Numbered from the stretch's first letter, positions 37,682 to 51,970 are shown. The stretch is DNA of 64,000 nt from Veleropilina oligotropha (GCA_048128005.1 JBEUKZ010000049.1:1-64000); one strand, 5' to 3'. The notes: a model not told the origin generated them from the sequence alone. Made by a program: numbers and translations.

Positions 37682-39176
37682 CTACTTGTTTGGTGGAAGT
37701 ACGGGCTTTTTTGAAGGTATGGGCTTTGCCGATGGTCGATCCAATGGTTTATCATCCATTGGATCGTCGACAGACGGTGGTGGTAGGGGTGGATCGTCCA
37801 CCACCTTAGTCTGTCGGTTTAGCTTGACTTTGACAGCTGCTGCTGCTGCCTTCCTACCCTTCTCGGTAGCAGCAGCAACTATGTCAGCGGCAAGGTCCTT
37901 AATGATAGTGTCAGGGTCGCTTTGGTCATCTGATGGTTCGATGGTATCCATCAGACTATCAAAGCGATTATGCAGCTTAATTGGGTCCTCGGACCCTTTG
38001 GGCTTTCTGTTTGGCTTCATTGTTTGTTTCTTAGAGGCTGCTGCTTTAGGAGCAGCAGCAGTCTCTTTTGTTGAGTTGCGAGTAGTTTTGTTTGTAGGTT
38101 TAATAGGTTTCATAGGTATTGTTGTTTGTGTTTCTGATGATGATGATGCTAAATTATTTCGAGATGGCAAAGTACTGAAGAATGCTTCGCCAAATGGCCA
38201 GGTGATGTCAGTTTGCGTCGAAGAGGATCGAGTGACTGGCTTTTGCTCCGGTGCTGCAGCAATTGCAGCATAGGATCTGCCCGAAGTAGTGCGGGATTCC
38301 ACCAGTTTCCTGGCATCTGGGAAAGAGATCCGGTCGATAGTCTTGACCCTCTGGATCTCTTTCTCATGCTTCCACTTCGGACAGTCCTTTGAGTATGAGC
38401 AATGGCTGCCTTTGCAATTGTTGCAGAGAGGCTGTTTCGAGCAAGAGTCAGAGTCATGACCCTCTTCGCTGCATCGAGCACATGCGGGATTCCTTTTGCA
38501 TCGGTCCTTGTGATGCCCAAATGCCTGGCATTTGAAGCATCTCAAGGGGTTTGGGATGTAGGGTTCAACAGGGATGATTATATAACCTGCTTTGATTGTT
38601 CTAGGTAGAACAGGAAGGCGGAAGTCAAGGATGATGGTATTGATGGGGATCTTCTTTCCATCTTTGAACATGGTCAGGCGTGTGACCTTGGTCACACCCT
38701 GGCTCTTCATGCCTTCCAGCAGTTCCTGTTCACTGCATCCCTGCAGATCCCTAGATCTAATAACTCCCTTGGAGCTGTTCAAGGACCGATGAGGTCTGAT
38801 TTCTACGGGAATATTCACAAAACTATCAGTTCGAAGGAGATTCTCCGCATGGCTCTTCCTGGCGCATTCGACCAGTAGGGTGCCATCTCGAAGTTTCTTA
38901 ACGGATCGAGGTTCGCCTGCCGAGGATGGCCTTGGAGATAGCGAACGGACTCAAGGAAGTAATTGGAGTGTTTGAGTTCAATGCCTCGATCGTTAAGAAA
39001 CGGGGCCAACTTTCCGGTACAGGTGGAGGAGGATTAGGCAGATATGGGGCCTCTATCTCAGGATGATATGGGGTAGTCCGGAAAGCGGCCATGAATTTAG
39101 CATCTTCGTCGTCATCATCATAATCTTTTGAATTTTTGCGCCGTTTAGCTGCATTATAGTGTGTATTGTGTGCCAT
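37682..39176 (-). pseudogene. Copy B ORF1: gag-like nucleic-acid-binding protein with three zinc knuckles
   Basis: CFKCQAFGHHKDRC, CARCSEEGHDSDSC and CNNCKGSH...C; small deletion frameshift near 38920. Confidence 0.9.
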
Positions 39177-42100
39177 TATTTGTGTATTGTGTTTCGTCAC
39201 CCGAGGTCCCCGCCCACCCCGGAGCCCAACAAGGGGGCATTTTAATGGGTGCGGAGTTCCAGCACCCAATGCCAGGGATACCCGGGTGATATACTCAGAT
39301 AAGATAATGAATGTAGTGGTGGGAAATGTGTATCCCACCATCCATTACTCACTTGATTGACCCTTCAGCCACCGCCTTCTGGGATATAGATCGATTGATG
39401 GTATATGATCTGTTACATAAAATGTTTTGATTGAAATGTATAAATGTATTATTAAAATATTTTATCCCAGGGCTTGACGTGACAAGCCGATTGATCAGAT
39501 AGGGCCTATCTGACCTCCCGTCTAGCTGAATCCGAGGCCAAAGTAGTGTGTTGCTTCAGCCTAAGCAGAAGCTCAACTACCAGGACCCTCTTTTCCAACA
39601 TCACGGGTCGCCACCCACGGCAAACAGGTGGCTCCCATTTGGGGGGATCTTACCCCTCTGCAGGGAGAGCAGTCGGCATATTCTAACCCCTAACCGACTG
39701 GGGGTTCCAGGAAAGCAGATGGGTCGCACATGGTAAGGTCAATGGTGGTAAGTGAGCCTGTAGGTGGATGCATGTATGTTGGCGATTTCGTGGTATTAAA
39801 TAGACACAGATTGTGTCTCCCAATAAAGTCCTCTATCTGATGTCCCCGTTTATCTGTGTCAGCACCGCCCCAATCAGTACTATGGGCGTTAAAATCGCCA
39901 CACAGTACAAATGGGGTCGGTAGCTGATCGATGAGATCGTCAAGGTCAATAGGTCGTACGGTTGTACCAGGTGGTAAGTATACCGAGCAGATAGTTATTA
40001 CTCGGTGAGTCGATATTTTCACCGCTACTGCCTGTAAGTTGGTGTTTAAGTTGACCTGGCTGTGTGGTATTTTGTTGTTGATGATGATTGAAACCCCCCC
40101 TGTAGCCTTGTCACCTGTGGTGACAATGTGATTATATAGTGAGTGATCTTTAATGCGTATGTTGTCTGTGAGTTTCATTGAGACAAAATGCTATTGGTTT
40201 ATGGTCTTGTATTAGTAAATGTATCTCATCAATATTCGGTTTAATGCCTCTACAATTCCATCGTATTAGTGTACCTGTCATGTTGTGTTGTTGGTGTATT
40301 TATGTAAGTAATTCGTGTGTAGTGCTGTGCTATAATTTACTACTTGTTTGGTGGAAGTACGGGCTTTTTTGAAGGTATGGGCTTTGCCGATGGTCGATCC
40401 AATGGTTTATCATCCATTGGATCGTCGACAGACGGTGGTGGTAGGGGTGGATCGTCCACCACCTTAGTCTGTCGGTTTAGCTTGACTTTGACAGCTGCTG
40501 CTGCTGCCTTCCTACCCTTCTCGGTAGCAGCAGCAACTATGTCAGCGGCAAGGTCCTTAATGATAGTGTCAGTATCGCTTTGGTCATCTGATGGTTCGAT
40601 GGTATCCATCAGATCATCAAAGCGATTATGCAGCTTAATTGGGTCCTCGGACCCTTTGGGCTGTCTGTTTGGCTTATTTGATTGTTTCTTAGAGGCTGCT
40701 GCTTTAGGAGCAGCAGCAGTCTCTTTTGTCGGGTTGCGAGTAGTTTTTTTGTAGGTTTGATAGGTATTATTGTTTGTGTTTCTGATGATGATGATGATGC
40801 TAAATTCTTTCGAGATGGCAAAGTACTGAAGAATGCTTCGCCAAAAGGCCAGGTGATATCCGTTTGCGTGGAAGAGGATCGAGTGACTGGTCTCTGCTCC
40901 GTTGGTGTGGCAATTGCAGCATAGGATCTACCCGAAGTGGTCCTGGATTCAACCAGTTTCCTGGCATCAGGGAAAGAGATCCGGTCGATGGTTTTGACTC
41001 TTTGGATCTCTTTCTCGTGTTTCCATTTCGGGCAGTCCTTGGAGTAAGCAAAATGCTTGCCCCTGCAATTGCAACATAGAGGTGGATTGGAGCAGGAGTC
41101 ACTCTCATGACCCTCCTCGCTGCAACGAGCACATGCGGAGTTCCTTTTGCATCGATCCTTGTGATGCCCAAATGCCTGGCATTTGAAGCATCTCAAGGGG
41201 TTTGAGATGTAGGGCTCTACAGGAATGATTATATATATCCAGCTTTAATTGTTCTCGGTAGAACAGGAAGGCGGAAGGCCAGAATGATGGTATTGATGGG
41301 GATCTTCTTTCCATCTTTAAACATGGTCAGGCGTGTAACCTTAGTTACACCCTGGCTCTTCCAGCAGTTCCTGTTCGCTGCATCCCTGCAGATCCCTAGA
41401 TCTAATAACTCCCTTGGAGCTGTTCAAGGACCGATGCGGTCTGATTTCTACGGGGATGTTTACAAACGTGTCAGTTCGAAGGAGATTCTCCGCATGGCTC
41501 TTCCTGGCGCATTCGACCAGTAGGGTGCCATCTCGAAGTTTCTTGACTGATCGAGGTTCGCCAGCAAGACCAAGGATGGCCTTGGAGATGGCGAAGGGAC
41601 TCAAAGAAGTAATTGGATTATTCGAGTTAAGTGCCTCGATCGTCAAGAAACGGGGCCAACTTTCCGGTACAGGTGGAGGAGGATTAGGTTGATATGGTGC
41701 CTCTCTCTCAGGATCGAAAGGGATAGACCGGATAGCGGCCATGAATTTAGCATCGTCATCGTCATCAGAATTAATTTCATTTTTATTTTTACGCCTTTTA
41801 GCTGCGTGTTTGAATTGGTGTGCCATATTGTGTGTTTTAGTGTTTCGTCACCCGAGGTCCCCGCCCACCCCGGAGCCCAACAAGGGGGCATTTAATGGGT
41901 GCGGAATTCCAGCACCCAATGCCAGGGATACCCGGGTGATATACTCAAATAAGAGAATGAATATTAGTGGTGGGAAGTGTATATCCCACCATTCATTTCT
42001 CACTTGATTGGCCCTTCAGCCACCGCCTTCTGGGATATAGATCAAAGAGCGGTATATGATCTGAATTGAATTGAATTGATGTTTAACGACCACGCCGACA

Positions 42101-44350
42101 CTATTTGGTCATAATCGGGTCGGTCAAGTTGACTATATAATAATTTATTATAAAATATTAAAAGTTGGGATAGTAAATACCGATAAATAAAAGATGTAAA
42201 TAAAACAAACCAATACATTTCCAAATAAAATAAATCCAATGCAAATTAAGATAAAAATCAATGTAATTTAGATAAAAACACAAGGCAATAAAATAGCAAA
42301 ATTTAAAAGTTCAAATGTTTGCTAAAAACTAGTATAATAATAAAATAGTATAATAATTAAAAACAAAATATAGAATTTAGTCAAAGGAAATAAAAGTAAA
42401 AATAAAAATTATAATTTATAGAAAATATTTACCTGTTTTAAAAATTCAAATACGGCTTCGAGCTTATTAAGATTAAATAGCTCTTGGAGTGAATTGGCCC
42501 TAAAATACCGTTGGCGTGCGAGATCCAAATCGACACAATCCAATAATATATGTTTAATTGTTAGGGCAGTTGCACAAGGAATACACTCGGGTGGAGGCTC
42601 CCCTTTAAGCAAGTAGGAGTGAGTGTAGTGAGAATGCCCAATCCTCAGTCTGGCCAAGACCACCTCCTCTCGCCGAGTTAGTCTGCAAGAGGGGACCCAA
42701 TCGCCAAGAAGAGGTTGAACATTCTGCAGTTTATTCCTTGTGCATTCACTCCAAGAGTGCTGCCAAGTCGAATTTATATATTTGTTTATGCTTTGTTTAA
42801 AATCTGAGTGTGGCAATTTACAATTTAGTATATTGTTAAAATGTGAGGCTGCCTTGGCAGCTTGGTCAGCCTTCTCATTGCCTTGGATACCTATATGGCT
42901 CGGTATCCAGCATAAAATAATGTCATTATCAGGTAAAAGTTTGTTATAGTTTAATAAAATTTCCTGAACAATAACATTTCTATTCATCTCCCTCAGTGCT
43001 TGTAAGCTAGAGAGGGAGTCTGAATAGATAATAAAAAGCCGTTTAGTACTTGTAGAGATAAAATTAAGAGCAAGCTCGATTGCTTTTAGTTCTGCAGTAT
43101 ATATAGTCGCACTGCCTGGCAGACGGTTTTGAAAACATTGTCTGCCAGTGACAGCGGCTGCTCCTACTAATTCTGCATCTTTGGAACCTTCTGTGTATAT
43201 GCTTTCACGATCTGAATATTTTAATTTCAGATCGTGCACTTTTATGAGATAATCTGATGTGTCTGTGTTTGATTTTTTGAGTGATGTAAGTTGTAGATCA
43301 ATTACCGGTAATTTTAGTGTCCATGGTGGAGTATCCGGAATGTGATTTGTTTTAATTTGACCTACATGTATGCCTGCGTTTTCTAGTGCTGGTTTGATGC
43401 GGATGCCAAATGGTGCAATTTTGTTTGGTTTTGCCTGAAATAGATGTTCATAATTTGGTGTAAATACAGTTTCGAAAGCAGGGTTAGATGGGTGTGATTT
43501 TAATTTGATTGCATATTGCAGTGATAATTTTTCACGTCTGTGTGTAAGAGATGGTTCATTGGCTTCGACATAGAGGCTTTCCATGGGTGACGTGCGGAAA
43601 GCCCCAAGTGCAAGTCGAAGCCCTTGATTATGGATTGGATCAAGCATTTTAAGATATGAATGGCGAGCAGAGCCATATACTATGCTCCCATAATCAAGTT
43701 TTGATCTAATTAATGATCTGTATAGTCGTAATAAAACTGTTTTATCAGCACCCCATTCAGTATTAGAAACTACTTTCATTAGATTCAAAGCATTCTTGCA
43801 TTTAGCTTTGATATATTTTATATGAGGTATGAAAGTCAGTTTGCGGCCAAATATAAGGCCTACAAATTTAAATTGGTCCACCACTGGAATCTCAAAGTCA
43901 TCCAGTTTTAGCACAGGGTCGTCATGAATTTCACGACGCTGGCAGAAATGCATGCATTTAGTTTTGTCCTTTGAGAATTTAAATCCATTCTCATCGGACC
44001 ATATCTGTAATTTATTTAGGCCGTGTTGTAGCTGGCGTTCTATACTGTTCATATTTGTTGAACGATAGCAAATGCCAAAATCGTCAACAAATAATGAACA
44101 GTCAGTGCCAGTACTAATACATTTGACGATACTGTTTATTTTAATACTGAATAGGGTGACTGATAAAATACTTCCTTGAGGGACACCCATCTCCTGGTCG
44201 TGGATATCTGAGAGGGTGTCACCCACCTTCACCTGAAAATTTCTATCCTCAAGGAATTTCGAAATAAAATTGGGCAAGTGGCCCTTTAAACCAAAATCGA
44301 ACAAATCCTTCATAATCCCGTACTTCCAAGTAGTGTCGTAGGCCTTCTCT

Positions 44351-45645
44351 GTTTGATTTGATTTGATTTGATGCTTAACGACCACGCCGACACTAATGGT
44401 CATAAAATAAAAATGATCGTGATTGGTATATTTACAGGTTAAAATATATAAATATCGATAAAAAGGCAAGTAAAAACAATGTAAATTTAGATAAAAAAAC
44501 AAAGCAATAAAATAAAATGCTAGTGATGATAAAATGGTTGATAAAAAACAAGTATAATAATAAAAAATAAAATCTGAAATTTGTGAAATAAATACTATTA
44601 AAAAATAAAATATAAATTATAACTTGTAGAAAATATTTACTTGTTTTAAAAACTCGAATAAAGCTTCGACCTTAGTGAGACTAAATAACTCTTGGAGCGA
44701 GTTTGCCCGGAAGTACTTTTGGCGTGCGAGATCCAAATCGACACAATCCAATAATATATGTTTAATTGTTAGGGCACATGCACAAGGAATACACTCAGGT
44801 GGAGGCTCCCCCCTAAGCAGGTAGCAGTGAGTGTAGTGGGAATGCCCAATTCTCAGTCTAGCTAAGACAACCTCTTCGCGGCGAATGATCCTGTAAGATG
44901 GAACCCATTCGCCAAGAAGAGGCTTGATTGCATGCAATTTATTCCTTGTGCATTCACTCCAAGAGTGCTGCCAAGTAGTATTTATATATTTGTTTATGTT
45001 TTGTTTAAAATCAGAGTGGGGTAATTTACAATTTAGTGTATGGTTAAGATGTGAGGCTGCCTTGGCAGCTTGGTCAGCCTTCTCATTGCCTTGGATACCA
45101 ATGTGACTTGGTATCCAGCATAAAATAATGTCATTATAGGGTAAAAGATTGTTATACTGTATTAAAATATCATAAATAAGAGGGTTTCTATTCATCTCCC
45201 TCAATGCTTGTAAGCTAGAGAGGGAGTCTGAATAGATAATAAAACGCCTATTAATACTAGTTGATATAAAATTGAGTGCAAGTTCGATTGCCTTTAGTTC
45301 CGCAGTAAATATAGTCGCGCTGCCTGGCAGACGGTTTTGAAAACATCGTCTGCCAGTGACAGCGGCTGCTCCTACTAATTCTGCATCTTTTGAACCATCT
45401 GTATATATACTTGCACGATCTGAATATTACATTTGACGATACTGTTTATTCTAATACTGAATAGGGTGACTGATAAAATACTTCCTTGAGGGACACCCAT
45501 CTCCTGGTCGTGGATATCTGAGAGGGTGTCACCCACCTTCACCTGAAAATTTCTATCCTCAAGGAATTTCGAAATAAAATTGGGCAAGTTGCCCTTTAAG
45601 CCAAAATCAAACAAATCTTTCATAATCCCGTACTTCCATGTAGTA
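44351..45645 (-). mobile_element. LINE copy D, 5'-truncated and internally deleted, nested in copy C
   Basis: New tail at 44351; jump from RNase H to RT at about 45428; TCGTAGGCCTTCTCT at 44336-44350 and 45646-45660. Confidence 0.8.
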
Positions 45646-46135
45646 TCGTAGGCCTTCTCTAGATCGAAAAAAACAGCAACTAAATGTTGTCTGTTTAGGA
45701 AGGCCTCACGAACAAAAGTTTCCAGACGTACCAAGTGATCTGTGGTGCTCCGGTTGCGCCGGAACCCACATTGATATTCTGTAAGTAAATTATTTGATTC
45801 TAAGTTTGTTTTTTTTTTTTTTTTTTTTTTTTTTTTATCTCACCGAGGAGCTAAGTCCCCGATGTCATAGGGCCGAAAGGGTAATACATCGATACACTGG
45901 TAAATTTGACCAGTATATCGCATTAACGGCACATAGTGCCTACTTACAGACAGACAGGCCTAACTGGCCTTATAAGCAACTAAAACGTTGCTTCAATGCA
46001 AATATATTACAACATATATTCTGATCAAAAATACAATAAATGGCTAAAGCCCAAAATGTGATCAGAATATCACAATTAAAATAAAAGGCATCAGCCACAA
46101 TCAATATAAAAACAAATAGGCATGACGGCCCGACA

Positions 46136-46410
46136 AAAATGTGACCAAAGTGTCACAAACAAAATATATACAAATGGGCATGACGGCCCAACAAAGGCAT
46201 AAGCCAAAAATGTGCCCAAAGTGACACATTTTACAAAATGTGACTAAAGTGTCACTAACAAATGTGACCAAAGTGTCACTAATGTAAAAGGCATAAGCCG
46301 CAAATATGACCAAAGTGTCACAAAATAAAAAGGCACAAGCCACAAATATGACCAAAGTGTCACAAATACAAAAAGGCATAAGCCACAAACGTGACCAAAG
46401 TGTCACTAAA
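46136..46410. repeat. Degenerate tandem repeat of about 40 bp in the L1/Tx1 3' UTR
   Basis: Repeated (G)TGACCAAAGTGTCAC core and AAGGCATAAGCC. Confidence 0.8.
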
Positions 46411-46571
46411 AATAAAAGGCGCTAGTGCACCACAAAAGTTGTAATAGATTTGCAGTCGAATAAATGGATGAGGAGGCCAGGCGCAGAACTTGACCATCGA
46501 TGTTGAATTGGATGGCCTGCGACCATAAACCTCCCGGTTGTGTATCAACTGCAAATCTACTACAATTATAT

Positions 46572-49500
46572 TTACAAAAGGACTGTCAGTCGTGAACCCT
46601 CCAAGCTTGCAAACACGTCATCGTAGCACCATATGCGTGAGAAGGAGGCAATGCCCCTCTTGCTCAGCAATGCGCGTTCATGTTCATATAAGATGAACAT
46701 GCACAATTGGGCCACAAAGACGGCTCGCAAGCTAGCAAGATGATCGAAATCATCTTGCGGAGAGTACACCTGATGGCAACGACGTTTCCACAAGACTGAC
46801 AGTCCATACAAAAGTAAACAATCGACCACCACCCTGTGATCCTTTGAAATTTCAGACCACAGGGTGCGGTCACGAAATATTATGTACAGGGCAGGAATTG
46901 AGACATCCTGCCCTAGATAACGGGAAAGAAGGTTGGCAACCCAGACCCAAAAGGAGCGGGCAATGTCACACTGCACAAATAGATGTATCAGTGTCTTTTC
47001 GCCAGACTGGCAAAGAGGACAACTGGCATCCGTGACAATGCCCACTTTCAGCAGCTTTGCTCGAACCCACAACTGCCTCTGCAGTAGCAACCAAGCAACC
47101 TCGCGGACAGTGTTGGGGACAGGCATCTTAAATATCCCCAACCATATTGGTTTCCAGTTGCTTGGCGCGTAAGTGGGGTCCCAAGCTTGGACGGCAACGG
47201 GCTCAGTTACATGCTCGTCGACCAAATGGATATACCATTGTTTGGACGACAAGTCAAAGCAACTGTGGCGAGTGCCATCCCAAGCAATGACGGAATAAAC
47301 CCTGGACGCGGATTCCCGGTCTCCGGCCGGCAAGGCGAACCAGTCGCCAGGAATCGCACGTTTTAGGTACGTACATAGACGTCTAACGTCCAGGGCTCTT
47401 GATGATGTCTTGGCGACAATGGCTTCGATCGACAGAAACGTTCTGTCTTCGCGATCGACCAAGTCACCAAGTGTCATGATACCTCCCCTCGCAAATGAGG
47501 GGAAGAACAGAGGACGTCGACGATCATCAATAATCCGATCATTACCCCAGAGGGGTTCCAACAAAGCTGCAGCCCAGGACTCTGGTTCAGGATGCTCCAA
47601 TAATATGGAGTGCAATGCTTTGGCCATTGTAACAATGGCAGGCGGAAGCTTGGTGATGCCAGGTGGTCGGGCATCACCAAAAAGCATGCACTCCACGTCG
47701 TATGGAGCAATTCGTCCATTCGCCAGAGTTCTGGACATTTGGGCCCATGTCTCCTCACCTTTACACAGTTCAGAGACATGCTTTAGGAGAAGGGAGGCGC
47801 ACTTGGATTTAACATTAATTAAACCCAACCCCCCAATCTCCAAAGGCCCAATCAAGGTGGTCTGAGAAACCAACGGCTTCTTTCCCTCCCAAATAAAACT
47901 TAAAATCAGTCTGTTGACCTCGTCAACAACCGCATCGGGCATCGGCACAACTGTGGCAGTGTACCACAGCTGTGACAAGGCAAGGGTGTTGACGACCATG
48001 ACCCGACCAAACAAGGACATTGGCCTTCCACGCCACCGTGCTAAGGTGGTACGCACTTTGTCGACGCGAAAGGTCCAATTATCCTTGATGGCGCCACCAA
48101 CCGAGTGAAAAATGCCAAGCAATTTCAGTCGGTCGGCGGTCCACTTGATACCAAGTGGACTATCAGTCCTATCTCTCCAGGAACCAAGAAAAAGTCCTTC
48201 GGACTTTCCGATGTTAACCTTAGCCCCTGAAGCTGCCTCGTAATCTTTGAGGACAGACGATAGGACGTCAAAGTCATGATCGTCACCAGTAAATAGGGTG
48301 GTGTCATCGGCATACTGAGATATTTTCAGCGCCTCTGACACCCCTGTCACAGCGACTCCCTGAAATTCCGGATTGTTGCGGATGCAAGCACCTAGTACTT
48401 CCGCTCCAATAACATAGAGGAGCGGAGACAGGGGACACCCCTGTCTAACACCACGCTCAGGAAAAACAGGGTCAGTAAGGAAATTATTAATAATAACCCT
48501 ACTGGAAATACCACTGTAACAGGTCCTAATATATCCTATAAATTTATTACCAAAGCCCATCCTTTCCAGGACTTTATAAAGAAAGTCCCATTCCAAGCGG
48601 TCAAAAGCCTTCTCGTTATCGAGACTAAGGACACCGCAAGGAATGTCCTCACTGTCCGCCATCTCTATGAGGTCACGGACAAGTAAGGAATTGGAAAAGA
48701 TCGAACGCCCAGGGACAGCGCACGTTTGGTTCTCGTGCACCACATGGTGCAGAACCTTTCCCAGGCGCAAGGTAAGGGCTTTGGCAATAATTTTATAGTC
48801 AGCACAAAGAAGGGAGATAGGCCGCCAGTTCTTTAAATCGGCCTTATCCCCCTTCTTGTAAAGTAGCCGGACGACAGCCTCCAACATGGTGGGCGACATC
48901 CCACCCTGTTGAAAAATGGCATCCGTCACTTCCATAAATGATGGCCCAATAAGAGGCCAAAAATGCTGATAAAATTCTGCCGGGATGCCATCGATTCCCG
49001 GAGATTTACCAGCATTCATGCTTTTAATGGAATCTGTGAGCTCCTCGAAAGATAAAGAGGAGTCACAAGATTCCCGTAAAGGTAAAGGTAAAACCTTTTG
49101 TAAATTATCAAGCAGAGGGTCCATGGTATCCATGTTAACTCCCTCTGACTTGAATAAATTTGAATAAAAATCATGGGCAATTCCCAGCATCTCATCCTGA
49201 GATGTGAGAATTGCACCATCTGAAGAGGATAGGGACCTAAAAGAATGCCCTATCCCCTTATAGCGCTCAAGAGAGCAGAAATATTTTGAAGGCTTCTCTC
49301 CTTCCAAATGCCACTGTACACGAGATCGGACCTTGGCCCCTTCGTATTCAATCGACTGAAGTTCGGCTAGTTGGGCTTTGATCTTGACCTTGAGTGGTAA
49401 AAGGTCTTTTCGCCCAGCCTCAACCTTGGCCGACACCTTGGAAAAAGACTTTTCCAGGTGCCGACGCTTGTTTCGGCGAAAACTAGCCACACTTTTGGAG

Positions 49501-50400
49501 ATGGACTTGGCGAGACGGGCAATGCGAAGCTTGCCCTCTTCCCACCAGTCCAAGATGTTTTCAAAAGTGTCCTTCAGCGATACCCAAGAAGGCCAAAAGT
49601 CCGACATGGTGTCTTGAAAAGTGACATCTTGAAGGAGAGAAGTGTTCATTTTCCAGTAACCGGGGCCATGAGTGAGCCACTCGGCACTGTCCAATGAAAT
49701 TGAATATAGACTATGGTCTGAATAGTTCAGACTCATAGTAAGAGATTTAGTTAAATATCCTTCTAGTGAGGATGAAATATAAATCCGGTCTAGCCGGGAT
49801 GATACATCACCAGTAGGAGAGGTCCAAGTGTAACTCTCCTTATCTGGGTGTAAAATACGGAAGGAATCGAGGAGGTGATACTCCCCACACACTGCCTGAA
49901 GCGGAATGGCGGAAGTATCAGTGAGGGGAGCAGCACTTCGTCGATCCTTAATGTCAAAAATGCAGTTAAAATCCCCACCGAGAATAATATTATCATCGGA
50001 TGGGGATATAACAGATTTAAGTGATGTGAAAAATGTGCGTCTTGCAGGAGGGTAGGTCGGTGCATAAACACAGCATAAGGTGAAAGTGTCCTCGGAATAC
50101 TGCACTACAACCTTCACCCAGCGACCATCAGGGTCAGCTGAGGAGGATACGATGGTGGTAAATTGTAGAAACTGGGGGTGACAAAAGAATCGCCACCCCT
50201 GCAGCATGCCGAGAACCGCTGGCTATAAACACCTTCCCACCCGTCAGTCTGACCAAGTTGGTAGTATCAGAATCTGACAAAAAGTGGGTCTCCTGCAAGA
50301 ACAACACATCTAGCTTGAACTTCTTGAAATCAGAAGCCAAGGAAAGTTGTTTGGTCTCATTGACCAAACCGCCGCAATTAAAGGTGGCAATGCGCGGCAT
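46572..50400 (-). pseudogene. L1/Tx1 ORF2: APE endonuclease, RT, C-terminal zinc finger; one frameshift near 50185
   Basis: ATFNCGG..LQETH (ORF 50134-50400) continues in ORF 46572-50207 with GGDFN, SDH, WRPISLL, RQGCPLSP, YADD and CPLC..H..C. Confidence 0.93.
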
Positions 50401-50401
50401 T

Positions 50402-51970
50402 TTAATACCTTGGCTTCTTTTTCAAGAAGAGCTCTTTAACCTTAAGGTTAAAGTCTTTTGTGGACAAGTCCACCCAGTTAAAAGAGCTATAAGGGGACGA
50501 CCCAGGGAGCTTGGTCCGCTTGAACTTCCTATAAACGATCCCGTTTTGGGAAATACAAGGGATCAAAACTTCCCCATGTGCCCCCTCATAAGCGGGGTGA
50601 TTCCTCCCAAAAGTCAGTTTGGGGCCGCTGGCCATCGAGACATGGTCAGTCTCTGACTCTGACGATGAGTCAGCGGCAGATCGCTTCTGGCCCAGTACCT
50701 TTGTAAACCCTGCAGTTGTGTCCATCGGTGCGGACACAGGCGCTGACTGCAGGGCCTCAGCGAAGGTAGTGGGAACACTCACAGAAGTCGAGATCTTCGG
50801 TGAAGATGGACAAGGGACCAACCTCACCGAAGACCCAATCTGAATGGGAATAAAAGAGTCCCGGATGGTAGCATCTCCTGATGGCTTCTTGTAGGGCACC
50901 ATCCTGGGACTGGGCTTAGACTGGGGCACGCGGCCCCCGGTCTTCTCTTTACTGGGTGGAGTAGTCTCCACTATGGGCGTCTGCGTCTGTCCAACAGACT
51001 TTGACGACAGCTGGGTCCGTTGGACAGATTCAGAGGCAGGTGTAGGCCGAGTCTTGGGGTCAGACTCGGCGGTAGACGACACCGTTTCTGACAACACAGA
51101 AAAACGGTTCTGTGTTGTCAAGGCAGGTGCCGAAACTGTCGCGGACGACGACGTAGTTGTCACGGCAACCGCAGATTTAATCACATCCGATATATAATCT
51201 CGGATATCTGCGGTTGCCGGCAGCGTAGTGGTGGGGGCCTTTGACTCAGGCAATGCAAGGTTGGCAACAGGCACTGCCGTAACAGTGCGCATTGCCTGAG
51301 TCTTAGGTCTAGTTGAAACAACAGGGGCCGACTTGGTAGGAGTAGCCGACTCCTGCCTCGGGGGGGCCTTCTTGGTCTTTTCAGGACACTTTGATTGGAG
51401 GTGTCCCTCCTGGCCACATTCAAAACATAAGTTTTTGGAGGGGCATCTCCTAGCAAAGTGTCCTTGTTTGGCACAGAGGTTACAGGTCTTAACTTGACCT
51501 CTGTACCACACGGGCAAATACATACCACCGATGTAGATGGTATTCATTATGGTGCGGGTGACTCGCGTCATCCACACCTTCCTCACACCGGTGGCTACCG
51601 TGGCGTCAAAATCGTGGTACTCACGTACCACGGACTCTACCCGCCCAAAGACCGAAAAGGCCTCCTTAATGTCAACGTCAGATATTTCCAGAGGAACTCT
51701 GACGTTGACTAACACCCGGTTGCTATCAACGGGGTACAAAGGGCAGTTAACCCCGCCGATAGCAATCGCACTCTCCATCAGTTTGTCTCTGATGGCCGGC
51801 GTGGCCACAGAGACATTCCAAGTTGACTTCCGGATATGGATCAGGCCCTTAAGAAGTCCGGGGCCTGTTCCAATAACCTCCCTCAAAGCACGATAGACGT
51901 CCACTGCCGCCGTCTTATCGTGCTTTGTGTCTAATCGAAGGGACAGTGGTCTGGCTACAGAAGACGCCAT
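50402..51970 (-). CDS. L1/Tx1 ORF1, 522 aa, RRM-like region and two CCHC knuckles
   Basis: CNLCAKQGHFARRC and CFECGQEGHLQSKC; the stop is 1 bp from the ORF2 ATG. Confidence 0.9.
   Translation of the reverse strand: MASSVARPLSLRLDTKHDKTAAVDVYRALREVIGTGPGLLKGLIHIRKSTWNVSVATPAIRDKLMESAIAIGGVNCPLYPVDSNRVLVNVRVPLEISDVDIKEAFSVFGRVESVVREYHDFDATVATGVRKVWMTRVTRTIMNTIYIGGMYLPVWYRGQVKTCNLCAKQGHFARRCPSKNLCFECGQEGHLQSKCPEKTKKAPPRQESATPTKSAPVVSTRPKTQAMRTVTAVPVANLALPESKAPTTTLPATADIRDYISDVIKSAVAVTTTSSSATVSAPALTTQNRFSVLSETVSSTAESDPKTRPTPASESVQRTQLSSKSVGQTQTPIVETTPPSKEKTGGRVPQSKPSPRMVPYKKPSGDATIRDSFIPIQIGSSVRLVPCPSSPKISTSVSVPTTFAEALQSAPVSAPMDTTAGFTKVLGQKRSAADSSSESETDHVSMASGPKLTFGRNHPAYEGAHGEVLIPCISQNGIVYRKFKRTKLPGSSPYSSFNWVDLSTKDFNLKVKELFLKKKPRY

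Larger units (their letters stand above)
33621..39705 (-). mobile_element. LINE copy B, full length (6085 bp), nested in copy A
   Basis: TSD TCCAGGAAAGCA (33609-33620, 39706-39717); (TCAAA)n tail; 5' UTR, ORF1 and ORF2 all present. Confidence 0.96.

Noticed and set aside
37686..38273. Long plus-strand ORFs antisense to LINE ORF1/ORF2 (also 55495-56130, 57966-58409)
   Set aside because: Shadow frames with no domain; lengths not conserved between copies.
42409..44502. 697 aa ORF as a novel protein
   Set aside because: The N-terminus is read-through of the copy D 3' UTR and tail into copy C RT.
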